From Pristiophorus japonicus (Eukaryota), in contig NW_027251257.1 of assembly GCF_044704955.1 (NCBI RefSeq), positions 1,054,001-1,118,000 on the forward strand: DNA of 64,000 nt. The letters run 5' to 3'. This document shows positions 1-12,743 of the stretch, one piece after another. The notes beneath the pieces are model-generated. The model ran no database searches. It saw only the letters and a program-made list of their open reading frames with translations, and was not told the origin of the DNA. The translations under genes were made by a program, and so were the position numbers. The stretch's first letter is position 1. Each line of letters starts with the position of its first letter.

Positions 1-3000
1 GTGACGAGAAAAGGGAATTCATGACCCAAGAGAATGGCCACTGGTAGTGCAGAGGAAAGGTACTGTGTTGGGGAGGACTGGGACGATTTTGTCAAGAGGC
101 TTCAGCAAAGCTTCATTATGAAACAATGGCTGGGGGATGCAGCGGCCTATAAGCGAAAGGCTCATCTCTTGACCAGCTGCGGACCAAAGACTTACACCCT
201 CATGAAGGACTTACTTGCACCCGAAAAGCTATTGGACAAAATCTTTGAAGAACTTACAAAACTGGTCGGGGAGCACCTCACACCAGCGAGTAGCATACAC
301 ATGGCCCGACACAGATTCTACACCCACCGACGTCGTGAAGGACAGAGCATACCGGATTTCGTAGCGGACCTCTGGTGTTTGGCCAGCCTCTGTAAGATCA
401 CAGACGCCTGCAGGGGGAAGATGCTAAGGAACTTCTTTATCGAGGGCATCGATCATGTGGGAATTTTCTGCAAATTAATTGAGAGCAAGGATTTGACCTT
501 GGAAGCGGCGGCGTTGTTAGCTGAAACTTTCATGGCGGGGGAGGAAGAGACGAAAATAATATACGCGCACAATTCTGCCTCTAGCGCGGCGATGGGTCAG
601 GGAGTCAACATCATCAATGCGACTCAGAGCCCCGCAGGCAGGCAGGGGCAGTCCGACATTCCCCAGGCAACAACAGACCCCAGAGTAGGACTCCAACAGA
701 GACAATGGCAGGCTGAACGGACATTCACATCATCACAATGGACAATGCGGTCCGAGATGGGGTCATTGACACCCTCTAATAGGGTACTTAAGAGCAGTCA
801 AAGGGACAGTCACCGCGGAATTCCTTGCCATAGTCGCTTTGATCCCAACAATGGAAACTTTAACTCATGCTGGAGGTGTGAAGGAAAACACTCAGCCAGA
901 TCTTGCAGATTTCAATAGTTTGTCTGCGGAAATTGCAATCTCAGTGGCCATTTAGCTCGAATGTGCAGGAAGCCTGCAACCAGACTAATATATGAGGCAC
1001 ATGGACCAGAAGAGGGTCCTTTGAGGCAGGATGACTTTTGGGGCAAATCGATGGACGCTGAGGTTCAGCGGGTCCATGCAGCGAACAGTTCATACACCAA
1101 AATGCCACCAATGATGATGAGAGTTATATTAAACGGCATCCCAGTACACATGGAGCTGGACACTGGGGCCAGCCAGTCACTCATAGGCGTTCAGCAATTT
1201 GAGAAGCTATCGCCACTTAAAGCCAGTAGACCCAAATTAGCACATATTGAGACACAATTACGGACTTTCACTAAAGAAATCATTCCGGTGCTAGGCAGTG
1301 CAATGTTGGCTGTCATACACAACGGGTTAGTGAATCGGCTGCTGCTCTGGATTGTACCAGGTAATGGTCCCGCGCTGTTGGGGAGGAGCTGGTTAGCCGA
1401 GATGAACTGGAAATGGGAGGATGTTCACACAATGTCATCTGTGGAGCGAAGTTCGTGCTCACAAGTCCTACAACAATTGGATTAACTATTCCAACCTGCG
1501 TCGGGACTTTCAAAGGCACTAAAGTAGTGATACACATCACCCCGGACGCCAGGTCAGTGCACCACAAAGCCAGAGCGGTGCCGTTTGTGACGCGGGAAAA
1601 GATCGAGAGCGAATTGGAAAGGCTGTTGAGAGAGGGCATCATCTCGCCTGTTGAATTCAGCAACTGGGCGAGCCCCATCGTTCCCGTCCTAAAAGCGGAT
1701 GGCTCTGTCAAGATTTGTGGCGACTACAAGGCCACCATTAATCGGGTGTCCCTGCAAGATCAATACCCGCTCCCGAGAGTGGAGTACCTTTTCACCACGC
1801 TGGCAGGCGTCAAGCTGTTCACCAAGTTGGACCTCACCTCAGCCTATATAACCCAGGAACTGGCCGACGAATCTAAACTACTGACCACCATCACCACGCA
1901 CAAGGGACTGTTCGTTTATAACAGGTGCCCGTTTAGCATGTGACTAGCAGCCGCGATTTTTCAAAGAAACATGGAAAGCGTGCTTAAATCCATTCCTGGA
2001 ACGATCGTATTCCAGGATGACATCCTCATCACGGGTCGAGACACAGGGAACACCTCCACAACCTGGAGACGGTGCTACGTCAACTGGACCGGGTAGGCCT
2101 GCGACTCAAGAAGTCTAAATGTGTGTTTTTAGCTCCTGAGGTTGAGTTTCTGGGCAGGAGGGTTGCTGCAGATGGAATTCGGCCCACCGAATCTAAAACA
2201 GAGGCGATTCGACGAGCACCCAGGCCCTGCAACACATCGGAGTTGCGTTCATTTCTGGGACTGTTGAACTATTTAGGGAACTTTCTGCCGAACTTGAGTA
2301 CGTTGTTGGAGCCATTACATGGGCTCCTGCATAGGGGTTGCGATTGGTTTTGGGGGGACTGTCAGGAACGGGCTTTTGATCGGGCGTGAAACCTACAGTG
2401 TCCAAACAAGTTGTTGACCCAGTACAATCCCTGTAACAAATTGGTTCTGACATGTGATGCATCGTCCTATGGGGTTGCGTGCGTGTTGCAGCAGGGCAAT
2501 GCTGAGGGTCAACTACAACCTGTGGCTTATGCCTCTAGGTCGCTCTCTCAAGCAGAACGGGGATATGGAATGTTCGAGAAAGAAGCACTTGCATGTGTCT
2601 ATAGTGTAAAAAAAATGTATCAGTACCTCTTTGGTTGGAAGTTTGAATTAGAGACGGACCACAAGCCATTAACATCCCTGTTGTCAGACAGCAAGGCTGC
2701 CAATATAACGCATCAGCCCACATACAGCAATAGGCTCTCACGCTGACTGCTTATGACTACTCCATCTGGCACTGAAAATTGCGCTGACATGCTCAGCAGG
2801 CTTCCACTGGCCACCACTGAGGGGGCAGCGGAGAAAAGCGCCGAGATGGTCATGGCTATCGATGCCTTTGACAGCGCAGGCTCCCCCATCACAGTCCGCC
2901 AGATCAAAATCTGGACAAACAGAGATCCCCTCCTATCCCTGATTAAGAAATGTGTCCTGACTGGGGATTGGGCGCCCGCACACGGAGCATGCCCTGAAGA

Positions 3001-3385
3001 GGTCAGACCGTTTCACAGACGGATGGATGAGCTCTCCATCCAAGCCAACTGCCTACTATGGGGCAGCCGGGTAGTTATGCCCCAGAAGGGTAGGGAGGCA
3101 TTCATCAGGGAACTCCACAGCGAGCACCCAGGCATTGTGCTGATGAAGGCCATTGCCCGTTTACATGTTTGGTGGCCTGGAATTGATTCAGACCTGGAAC
3201 ACTGTTCGCAGGTGCACGACGTGTGCCCAGCTGGGTAATGCCTCCAGGGAGGCCCCGCTCAGCCCGTGGCCCTGGCCCCACAGGCCACGGTCACGCATTC
3301 ATGTTGACTACGCAGGCCCGTTCATGGGAAAGACGTTCCTTATTGTGGTAGATGCATACTCGAAATGGATTGAGTGCATCATTAA
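1..3385 (+). mobile_element. Ty3/Gypsy LTR retrotransposon internal region (gag-PR-RT-RH-IN), frameshifted, truncated within integrase
   Basis: Gag with Zn knuckles (CWRCEGKHSARSC; CGNCNLSGHLARMC), protease ELDTGAS, RT WASPIVPVLKADG / KLDLTSAY / FQDD, RH LTCDASSYG...PVAYASRSL, IN HPG...WWPG...RIHVDYAGP...VVDAYSKWIE; homology stops at ~3385. Confidence 0.95.
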
Positions 3386-4149
3386 TGATTTGAAAAGGAT
3401 AAAAAATGCACTTAAAAAAATCATGCCTGAATAAACCTTTTGCCATTCTTTGCCCAATCCGTGCCTGTCTGTCGTTTCTCATCCCCTGTCTCCACTATTT
3501 ACCCATTTTCATATGAATTTTCTTATTCGAATCTGTTTTGAACGATGTAAGGCATTTGCTGCTGCTCGGCATGTTAATTCCGTACTGCTCCAACCCAGCT
3601 TCCCATAACCAGGAACGGCATCAGGCCAGTGAATACACATAATTTCTCACATCCTGTCCATCGTCATCTGCACAGTTTTCAGAATATCCGCCAGTGGGCG
3701 TCAGGTCCCAATATTCTTTTTTTTGCTCAGTCCCCGAGCAGTGAGTGTAATGCAGTTTCGCCAACATTTGTATCAATTTTAGAATGAATTGAAGATTCAT
3801 ATTTGAAATGCACAATGGGCTGAGTCGGTACATCTGACAATTCCCATCTCAAAATTCATCCATCATATCGAAGGATTTCTTCTGTTACTAACCATTCGAC
3901 AGGACAAGTGAGTGGATGTGTGTGGAAAATGGGGGAAAGAATATTAAAATGTAAATGATCCTGAGATCTGATTTCTGAAACCATTAACTGGATGGTGGAG
4001 TTCGATCTTAAAGGGGCGGAAGGCACACCGAGACTGCCTGTATTTTGTTTCATTTTCTGCACCCTATTCTTTGCTAATATGTGAGCAAGTTGTAAGGACA
4101 GTGTTTCAGGCCCTGCTGGTGCTGGGCTCTGGTTAACGAGAACCCGGCC

Positions 4150-4712
4150 CACACCTCATTCTGGGGGTTTAATCCGCCCTACACCTTACCCTCGGGACAC
4201 GGAATCCCCCTACAACTCACCCTTGGGTTTGACCCCGCCGTAACCCTCAAATTGGTGGCTCTGCACCCGCTCTAGACCTCACCCTGGGGGCTCTGAACCC
4301 GCCCTACACCTCACCCTGGGTCTCTGAATCCGCCATAAACCTCACCCTGGGGGCTCTGATCCCGCCCTACACCTCACCCTGGGGACTCTGAACCCGCCCT
4401 ACACCTCACCCTGGGGGCTCTGCACCCGCCCTACACCTCACCCTGGGGGCTCTGACTACCCCCCCCCCCGCCACACATCACCCTGGGAGCACACAACCCG
4501 CCCTACACCTCACCCTGGGGGCACAGAAGCCGCCCTACACCTCACCCTTGGTCTCTGAACCCGTCCTACACATTACCCTGTGGGCTCTGAACCCGCCCTA
4601 CACCTCACCCTGGGTCTCTGCACCCGCCCTACACCTCATCCTGGGGTTTGATACAGCGCTACACCTCACCCCAGGGCTCTGAACCCCCTACACCTCACCC
4701 CGGGGCTCTAAA
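4150..4712. repeat. GC-rich minisatellite, ~30-bp unit (ctctgaacccgccctacacctcaccctgggg)
   Basis: About 18 degenerate tandem copies visible directly. Confidence 0.92.
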
Positions 4713-4964
4713 CTGGTTCCCGTGCTCGGCTCCCGGGAGCTTTATCTGACGAGTGGGGAATTCCTGAAAAGCTCCGCTGAGCTGTTTCCTGGATTCTCTC
4801 TCATTGCAAATCAAACATCTGAAAATTATGGACCATTAAATAATTCATTACAGATAGCAGGTAGGTCAGAACTTACCCGGTGGAACTTAATGCAAACCAT
4901 GGTAGGGGGCACTGCTGGAAACAATGTTTCAATTACACGGAGAGTGTATTCTTTATATGTGTTC

Positions 4965-5412
4965 CGTTGTCCTGTGCTCGCTGACCTACATTGGCTCCCA
5001 GTTAATCAAAGCCTGAATTTCGAAATTCTCATCCTTATTTTCAAATCCCTCCATGTCCTCACCTTTCCCTATCTCTGTAATCTTCTCCAGCCCCACAACC
5101 CACCGAGATGTCTGCACTCCTCTAATTCTGCCCTCTTGAGCATCCCTGATTATAATTGCTCAACCATTGGTGGCCGTGCCTTCTGCTGCATCGGACCTAA
5201 GCTCTTGAATTCCCTGCCTAAACTGACTGAATCTCTACCTCTCCTTCAAAACGCTCCTTAATACCGACCTCTTTGAACAAGCTTTTGGTCAACTGCCCTA
5301 ATTTCTCCTTATGAGGCTCGGCGTCAAATGTTTTATCTGACAATACTAACGTGAGGCATCTTCTGATGTTACTATGTTGAGGGCTATATATAGATACAAT
5401 TTGTTGTTGTTT
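4965..5412 (+). mobile_element. L2-type LINE 3' fragment
   Basis: PVLADLHWLPV...GGRAF...P.L.NSLP C-terminal ORF2 motif and (ttg)n tail. Confidence 0.8.
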
Positions 5413-5599
5413 ATTCAGTAAAATCAAATATCATCGTTCTAATATCACGGATCAATAAATCATTTCCATAAAATTAGGTATCATTGTTAGTTCACCAATG
5501 AACTGACCCGTGAGTGAAAGTTCACTGGAGTCACGGTTAACAACAAACTCCAGTAAAACCAACAGAATTATAGAGAATTAAATGACCCTGAAATAATTC

Positions 5600-6020
5600 T
5601 ACACACTCTGGAGTTGAGAAGAATGAGATGTGATCTCATTGAAACATGTAAGATTCTGAAGGGGATTGACAGGGTAGGTGCTGAGAGATTGTCTCCCCTG
5701 GCTCTAGAGTGCAGAACGAGGGGTCATCATCTCAGGATAAGGGGTCGGTCATTTAATATCGGGGTGAGGAGGAAATTCTTCACTCAGAGGGTAGTAATAC
5801 TCGGCAATTCTCTACACCAAAAGCCTGTGGAAGCTGAGTCGTTGAGTATATTCAAGGCTGAGGTAGATCGAGTTTTAGAATTGAGTGAATCACGGGATGC
5901 GGGGCGCAGATAGGTAAGTGGAGCTGAGGTCGAAGATCAGCCATGATCTTGTTGAATGGTGCAGAAGGCTCAAATGGCCGTATGGCGTACTCCCGCTCTT
6001 AATTCTTATGTTTTTATGTA
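5600..6020 (+). mobile_element. CR1 LINE 3' fragment
   Basis: RRMRCDLIETCKILKG...FFTQRVV ORF2 C-terminus plus CR1 3'UTR. Confidence 0.9.
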
Positions 6021-6614
6021 AACTAAACTGTTTAATAATTCTGTGCTTCGGTTGCAGCACATAGATATGGGTTTTATCCCACCCCGGACTCGAAATGTGG
6101 AACCATTCTCCTATAAGGACGTAGACTGCAGCCAGCTTGGATTTTCAGAAATGCCTTCCACACAAACCAGATGCTGAGTAGCCACATTGCTTCTGTCTGC
6201 TCTGTAAGGAAAGGCTGGATATCTGCTGTTACTGCTGTGGGGCGCAGTTCCAGAGACTCCAGACATTCTGTAAGGAAAGGGTTATCTAGGGCTTGACTTG
6301 ATTCCAAACACTCAACGCCAGGAATGTCCCTTCAGAGAGTGACACTCACAAAGAGATGGGGTTCACCTCAATTTCCTCCACAAGGAGGAGAGAAACTTGC
6401 TGGTCATTGGATCATATGTCCGGATGTGAACCGCGGGCGAACAATGTCCATTTCGAGCCAATCCAAGAGCAGCAAACACACGGGACTGAGACTTTAACTA
6501 GACGGCGCTGACTTTAATAAGCCGCCTGTTCACTCGGTTCCGGGTCTTCTGATGTGAGCTGTGTGTCACTTTCTTCTTGACATTGTAATTGCCAGAATCT
6601 ATTACTCGATACAA

Positions 6615-6655
6615 ATGAATCTATTCCCCGTTATTCTGCTGCTGGTAATATATAG
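6615..6655 (+). pseudogene. Probable leader exon of V segment V1 (MNLFPVILLLVIY)
   Basis: Short hydrophobic ATG ORF followed by AG|GTACAG donor; TGATGTGA motif at 6550-6557; splice phase is off relative to the V exon. Confidence 0.55.
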
Positions 6656-6685
6656 GTACAGGAATTGAGCTCAATAACCCTCAGG

Positions 6686-9600
6686 AAGGTCTTACTGCTC
6701 TTGTACAGGGCCTTGGTGAGACCACACCTTGAGTATTGTGTGCAGTTTTGGTCTCCTAATCTGAGGAAGAACGTGGTTGCTATTGAAGGAGTGCAGCGAA
6801 GGTTCACCAGACTAATTCCCGGGATGGCAGGACTGACATATGAGGAGAGTCTTGATCGGATAGGGTTATACTCACTGGAATTTAGAAGAATAGAAACATA
6901 GAAACATAGAAAATAGGTGCAGGAGTAGGCCATTCGGCGCTTCGAGCCTACACCACTATTCAATAAGATCATGGCTGATCATTCACCTCAGTACCTCTTT
7001 CCTACTTTCTGTCCATACCCCTTGATCTCTTTAGCCGTAAGGGCCACATCTAACTCCCTTTTAAATATATCCAATGAACTGGCATCAACAACTTTCTGCG
7101 GTAGGGAATTCCACAGATTAACAACTCTCTGAGTGAAGAAGTTTTGCCTCATCTCAGTCATAAATGGCTTACCCCTTATCCTTAGACTGTGTCCCCTGGC
7201 TCTGGACTTCCCCGACATCAGGAACATTCCAGTCCCGTCAGAATTGTACATGTTTCTATGAGATCCTCTCTCATCCTTCTAAACTCCAGTGAATAAAGGC
7301 CCAGTCGATCCAATCTCTCCTCTAATGCCAGTCCAGCCATCCCGGTAATCAGTCTGGTGAGCCTTCGCTGCACTCTCTCAATAGGAAGAACGCCCTTGCT
7401 CAGATGAGGAGAACAAAACTGAACACAATATTCCAGGTGAGGCCTCACTAAAGCCCTGTACAACTGCAGTAAGACCTCCCTGCTCCTATATTCAAATCCC
7501 CTAGCTATGCAGGCCAACATATCATTTGCCTTCTTCATCACCTCCTGTACCTGCATGCCAACTTTCAATGACTGATGTAACATGACATCCAGGTCTCATT
7601 GCACCTCCCATTTTCCTAATCTTCCGCCATTCAGATAATATTCTGCCTTCGTGTTTTAGCCCCCAAACTGGATAATCTCACATTTATCCATATTATACTG
7701 CATCTGCCATGTATTTGCCCATTCACCTAACCTGTCCAATCACTCTGCAGCCTTTTGGTGCCCTCCTCACAGCTCACACCGCCACCCAGTTTAGTTTCAT
7801 CTGAACTTGGAGATATTACACTCAATTCCTTCATGTATATCATTAATGTATATTTGTAATAGCTGGGATCCCAGCACTGAGCCCTGCGGCACCCCACTAG
7901 TCACTGCTTGCCATTCTGAAAAGGACCCGTTTATGCCGACTCTCTGTTTCCTGCCTGCCAGCCAGTTCTCGATCCACACCAGAACATTACCCCCAATACC
8001 ATGTGCTTTAATTTTGCACACCAATCACTTGTGTGGGACCGAGTCAAAAGCCGTTTGAAATTCCAAATACACCACATCCACATGATTTTCCTTGTCGACT
8101 CTACTAATTACATTCTCAGAATATACCAGAAGATTTGTCAAGCATGATTTCCCTTTCATAAATCCATGTTGACTTGGACCGATCCTGTCACTGCTTTCCA
8201 ACTACACTGCTATTTCATCTTTAATAATTGATTCCAACATTTTCCCCACTACTGATGTCAGGCCACCCAGTCTATAATTATCCCTTTTCTCCCTCTCTCC
8301 CTTTTTTAAAAGTGGTGCTACATTAGCTACCCTCCAGTCCATAGGAACTGATCCAGATTCGATAGACTGTTAGAAAATGATCACCAATGCATCCACTATT
8401 TCTAGGGCCACTTCCTTAAGTACACTGTGATGCAGACTATCAGGCCCTGGGGATTTATCGGCCTTCAATCCCATCAATTGCCCTTACACAATTTCCCCCC
8501 TAATAAGGATATCCTTCAGTTCCTCCTTCTCACTAGACCCTCGCTCCCTTAGAATTTCTGGATGGTTATTTGTTTCTTCCTTCGTGAAGACAGAACTAAA
8601 GTATTTATTCAACTGGTCTGCCATTTCTTTGTTCTCCATTATAAATTCACCTGAATCTGACTGCAAGGGACCTACGTTTGTCTTCACTAATCTTTTTCTC
8701 CTCACATATCTATAGAAGCTTTTGCAATCAGTTTTTATGTTCCCGGCAAGCTTCCTCTCATACTCTATTTCCCCCCCTCCTAATTAAACCTTTTGTCCTC
8801 CTCTGCTGAATTCTATATTTCTCCCAGTCGTCAGGTTTGCTGTTTTTTCTTGCCAATGTATATGCTTCTTCCTTGGATTTAACACTATCTTTAATTTCCC
8901 TTGTTAGCCACGGTTGAGCCACCTTCCCCGTTTCATTTTTACTCCAGACAGGGATGTACAATTGTTGAAGTTCAGCCATGTGATCTTTAAATGTTTCCAT
9001 TGCCTATCCACCGTCAACCCTCTAAGTACCATTTGCCAGGCTATTCTAGCCAATTCACGTCTCATGTCATTGAAGTTACCTTTCCTTAAGTTCAGGATCC
9101 GAGTCTCTGAATTAACTGTGTCACTCTCCATCTTAATAAGGAATTCTACCATATTATGGTCACTCTTCACCAAGGAGCCTCGCACAACAAGATTGCTAAT
9201 TAGTCCTTTCTCATTACACATCACCCAGTCTAGCCCTCCAGTTGGTTCTTCGACATATTGGTCCAGAAAACCATCCCTAATAAACTCCAGGAAATCTTCC
9301 TCCTTCATATTGCTACCAATTTGGTTAGCCCAATCTATACGTAGATTAAAGTCGCCCATGATAACAGCTGTACCTTTATTGCATGCATCCCTAATATCTT
9401 GTTTGATGCTGTCCCCTACCTCACTACCACTGTTTGATGGTATGTACACAATTCCCACTTGCGTTTTCTGCCCTTTGGTATTCCGCAGCTCCACCCATAC
9501 AGATTCCACATCATACAAGCTAATGTCCTTCCTTACCATTGCGTTAATTTTCTCTTTAATCAGCAATGCTACCCCACCTACATTTCCTTTCTGTCTATCC

Positions 9601-10596
9601 TTCCTGAATGTTGAAAACCCCTGGATGTTGAGTTCCCAGCCCTTGGTCACCCTGGAACCATGTCTCCGTGATGCAAATTATATCATATTCATTAATTGCT
9701 GCCTGTGCAGTTAATTCCTCCACCTTATTACGAGCCCTCCTCGCATTGAGACACAGAGTCTTGAGGCTTGTTTTTTTAACACTCTGTGACCTTTTAGAAT
9801 GTTGCTGAAATGTGGCCCTTTTGGACTTTTGCTTTGTGTTTCTCTGCCCTCCACTTTTACTTTTCTTCTTTCTATCTTTTGCTTCTGCCCCTATTTTACT
9901 TGCCTCTGTCTCTCTGCATAGGTTCCCATCCCACTGCCATATTAGTTTAACTCCTCCCAAACAGCACTAGCAAACACTTACCCTAGGACATGGGTTCCGG
10001 TCCTGCCCAGGTGAAGATCGTCCAGTTTGTATTATGCTCAACTTCCCCAGAACAGGTTCCAGTGTCCCAGGAATTTGAATCCCTATCTTCTGCACCACTC
10101 CTCGAGCTACATATGCATCTGAGCTATCCTGCGATTCCTACTCTGACTAGCACGTGGCACTGGTAGCAATTCTGAGATTACTACCTTTGAGGTCCTACTT
10201 TTTAGGACCTCATAGAAACATATAGAATTATGACGGGACTGGGCAGGTTAAATGTAGGAAGAATGTTCCGATGTTGGGGAAGTCCAGAACCAGGGTCACA
10301 GTCTAACGATAAGAGGTAAGCTATACAGGACCGAAATGAGGAGAAACCTTTTCACCTAGAGAGTGGTGGAACTGTGGAATTCTCTAGCACACAAAGTTGT
10401 TGAGTCCAGTTCGTTGGATATATTCAAGAGGGAGTTAGATGTGGCCCTTACGGCCAAGAGGATCAGGGGTATGGAGAGAAGGCGGAAGTGGCGTACTGAA
10501 GTTGCATGATCAGCCATGATCTTATTGACATTCGGTGCAGGCTCGAAGAGCCGAATGGCCTAATCCTGCACTTATTTTCTATGTTACTATGTTTCT
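6686..10596 (+). mobile_element. CR1 3' fragment split into 6686-6890 and 10205-10596 by a nested antisense CR1
   Basis: LYRALVRPHLEYCVQFW...YSLEFRR stops at 6890 and resumes (DLIETY...) at ~10205, ending in (ctatgttt)n tail. Confidence 0.85.
6891..10204 (-). mobile_element. Long CR1 LINE (end of ORF1, APE endonuclease and RT of ORF2), disrupted
   Basis: ITETW, FRKDR...GGVALL, MGDFN, SDHN endonuclease motifs; SGVPQGSVLG and RPHLEYC RT motifs; (agaaacat)n tail at 6891. Confidence 0.95.
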
Positions 10597-10646
10597 ATTT
10601 TTTATTCAGGTTGCTCCAGTAATTTATTAGCTCAGTGTTTTTATAG

Positions 10647-10978
10647 GTCGGTGTCTCTCGGACCGAGTGCTGCAATCTCCCGCTGCGATAACAGTTCAGA
10701 GCGGGGATTCGGTGCAGATTAATTCGGTGCAGCTATGACACGCACAGCATTTACGTCATGCACTGGTACAAACATAAATCCGGCCAGGGACTCGAGTGGA
10801 TAATAAGGTGAACATTGGCTGGCGGGGAGAGAAGGGGCGATTTTCAGTGGATCTTTTTATTGCAGATAAATGCGGCCAATTGGTCATTGAGAGCTCGGAA
10901 AGCGCTGACACCGCTGTGTACTACTGTGCGATAGATTCACACACTGAGACGAAACGCGGCAGTCACTTTACAGAAACC
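10647..10978 (+). pseudogene. Antigen-receptor V segment V1 (TCR alpha/delta-like) pseudogene with 23-RSS
   Basis: ttttatag acceptor; DRVLQSP...C...MHWYKHKSGQGLEWII...DTAVYYCA with two frameshifts; heptamer CACACTG 10940-10946, 23-nt spacer, nonamer ACAGAAACC 10970-10978. Confidence 0.92.
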
Positions 10979-11639
10979 GCCATCCTATTTGGAGTCCCGT
11001 ATTTGCAGCAATCACTCCAATAACACAGGGCAGGCAAAGCGGGTCAGAGCGAGAGCAGCAAACGAAAGCTGTGGGCGCGGCTGCCGCAGGCAGTGTTACC
11101 GCAAGGCTTGTCTCTATAATTTCCAGTTGCTAGTGGGTTTGATCCGAGATTCTGAGAGTCACAGCATAAAGTATCGGGCTGTGGAGCCAGTCACTCAGTA
11201 AATGCAGACTTTGTTGTGAGTAAAGCTTTAGCATTGCTTAATAGTTGGATTATATTCGCCTGGCCTGAATCAATCACTTTACTGAGTGTTGGTTTATTTT
11301 ATGCTGATGTGTGACGATTCATCGAGAGCATTATGTTCCTTCTCCTGTGACATTCATGTTTACACTTCAATATCCTCCTGCATTTCCCAATTCCAGCGAT
11401 TCCTTTCTGTGTGTAGTTTCATTGAGATAACCCTGATAAAAACTGGTCCCCTTGCTCAGTGACAGAAACCGAGGCCCATAGAGACCGTTTTAGGTCTGCT
11501 TTCCCGTTATCAGCCAGGTTAACCATATAATGTAATTTCACTCGTCGATCTGCATTTGTGTTATATATATATATAATATTTATTATTAATAAAGGTGCTA
11601 GAGTGAATCGAACAACGTCGAATCTGCTAGTATAGGCTT

Positions 11640-12060
11640 TCAACTGTTGAGGGTTCACAGCTCAGTCCAGAGATATGAGCACATAATCTAGTCTGATACT
11701 TCAGTGTAGTAGTCAGGGACTGCTGAATTATTGGAGATGGCGGCTTTTGCATGAGACGTTATTCCTGTCTGCTCTCTCAGGTGTTTGCAAAATATCCCAA
11801 TGTCACTATTTCGACAAAGAGCAAAGGAGTGCTCCGCGGTCTCCTGACCAATATTTGTCTCTCAATCAACACCACTAAAAACAGACTATCGTAAAAAATA
11901 TTGCTCGTTGTGGGATCTTGCTGTGCAGAAATTAGCTGCCGCGTGTCCTACATTACAATATTGACTACGCTTCTAATTCGTAGTGATATCATTGTAAAAG
12001 GCTTTGTGACGTCCCGAGGTCGGGAAAGATGCTGTATTCATGCAATGTCTTTCTTGCTTT
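11640..12060 (+). mobile_element. Deu-domain SINE (SacSINE1/AmnSINE1-like), old
   Basis: Degenerate core aaaatatcccaatgtcactatttcgacaaagagcaaaggagtgctcc...ccaatatttgtctctcaatcaac resembles the Deu-domain consensus as recalled. Confidence 0.7.
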
Positions 12061-12233
12061 ATTTCTTTCCCTTTCACTTGTGTGCCCGTAAACTATATTT
12101 TTATGAGTATAGGTAAATACGAATGAGAATTAACAGTACAATGTCAGACCATAAATACAGGGACCAGCTCAGACTTTCCGCTGATCACAATGTTCCCCTG
12201 ATGCGCTGATATGTTGATATATGATGCTCTGAC

Positions 12234-12272
12234 AGTTTTTGTACAGGTCCAGCCCAGCTCCGTGTCTTTGTG
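12234..12272 (-). promoter_or_regulatory. 23-RSS of V2
   Basis: Heptamer CACAAAG (12272-12266), 23-nt spacer, nonamer ACAAAAACT (12242-12234). Confidence 0.88.
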
Positions 12273-12743
12273 GGGCTCAGTGCGCAATAATACATAGCGG
12301 AGCCTGCCAGTTGTGTCTCAGACACATTCAGTGGGACGGTTTGGCTCGAATCATTGAGCTTCGCTAAAAAACGGTTCCCTGGAAATCTCTCCTTTTGCTC
12401 GCTGTACTTGTTTCTCTGCAACAGATATTCTATGGATCCGCTGGAAAACTGATGATGCCAGAATAGGTCAGGCCTGGTGCTTGTAGCTGTATAATTACAA
12501 TGTAACTGGACACTGTCTCCTTCACTTACTGTGGTTACAGCTGGTGTCTGTGAAACGGAGTCTCCTCGACAATGTCCTGCAAGAGGCCAGAGTGATATTA
12601 AATTAAACATTATCACTGCACTGTGTCTCCCCCACCCCCCCAGAGTCAACCCGTCACCCCCAACACTTACCTGAGAAGTAATTCTGGCAGTTAAACAGAG
12701 CTGCAACGGGATGGTGCTTGGAACGACTGAATAACATTTCCAT
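12273..12743 (-). CDS. TCR alpha/delta-type V segment V2, open reading frame (leader 12743-12671, V exon 12576-12273)
   Basis: Phase-1 GTAAGT...TTGCAG intron of 94 nt; DSVSQTP...VQLHCNY...LFWHHQ...SAMYYCALSP retains Cys23, Trp41 and Cys104 equivalents. Confidence 0.88.

Noticed and set aside
3856-4152. Minus-strand ORF with V-like words (VNQSP, GVPS, IQLMVSEIRSQD)
   Set aside because: No conserved Cys/Trp/YYC and no credible RSS; cannot be supported as a V relic
4150-4712. Regularly spaced ~30-bp repeats as a CRISPR-like array
   Set aside because: Units are contiguous with no unique spacers; eukaryotic minisatellite
6060-6260. SAVYYC-like remnant (tctgctgttactgctgt)
   Set aside because: No frame gives an Ig fold and no RSS follows
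8914-9714. 266-aa plus-strand ORF (and similar antisense ORFs over LINEs and ERVs)
   Set aside because: Antisense shadow of CR1 ORF2 or retroviral genes
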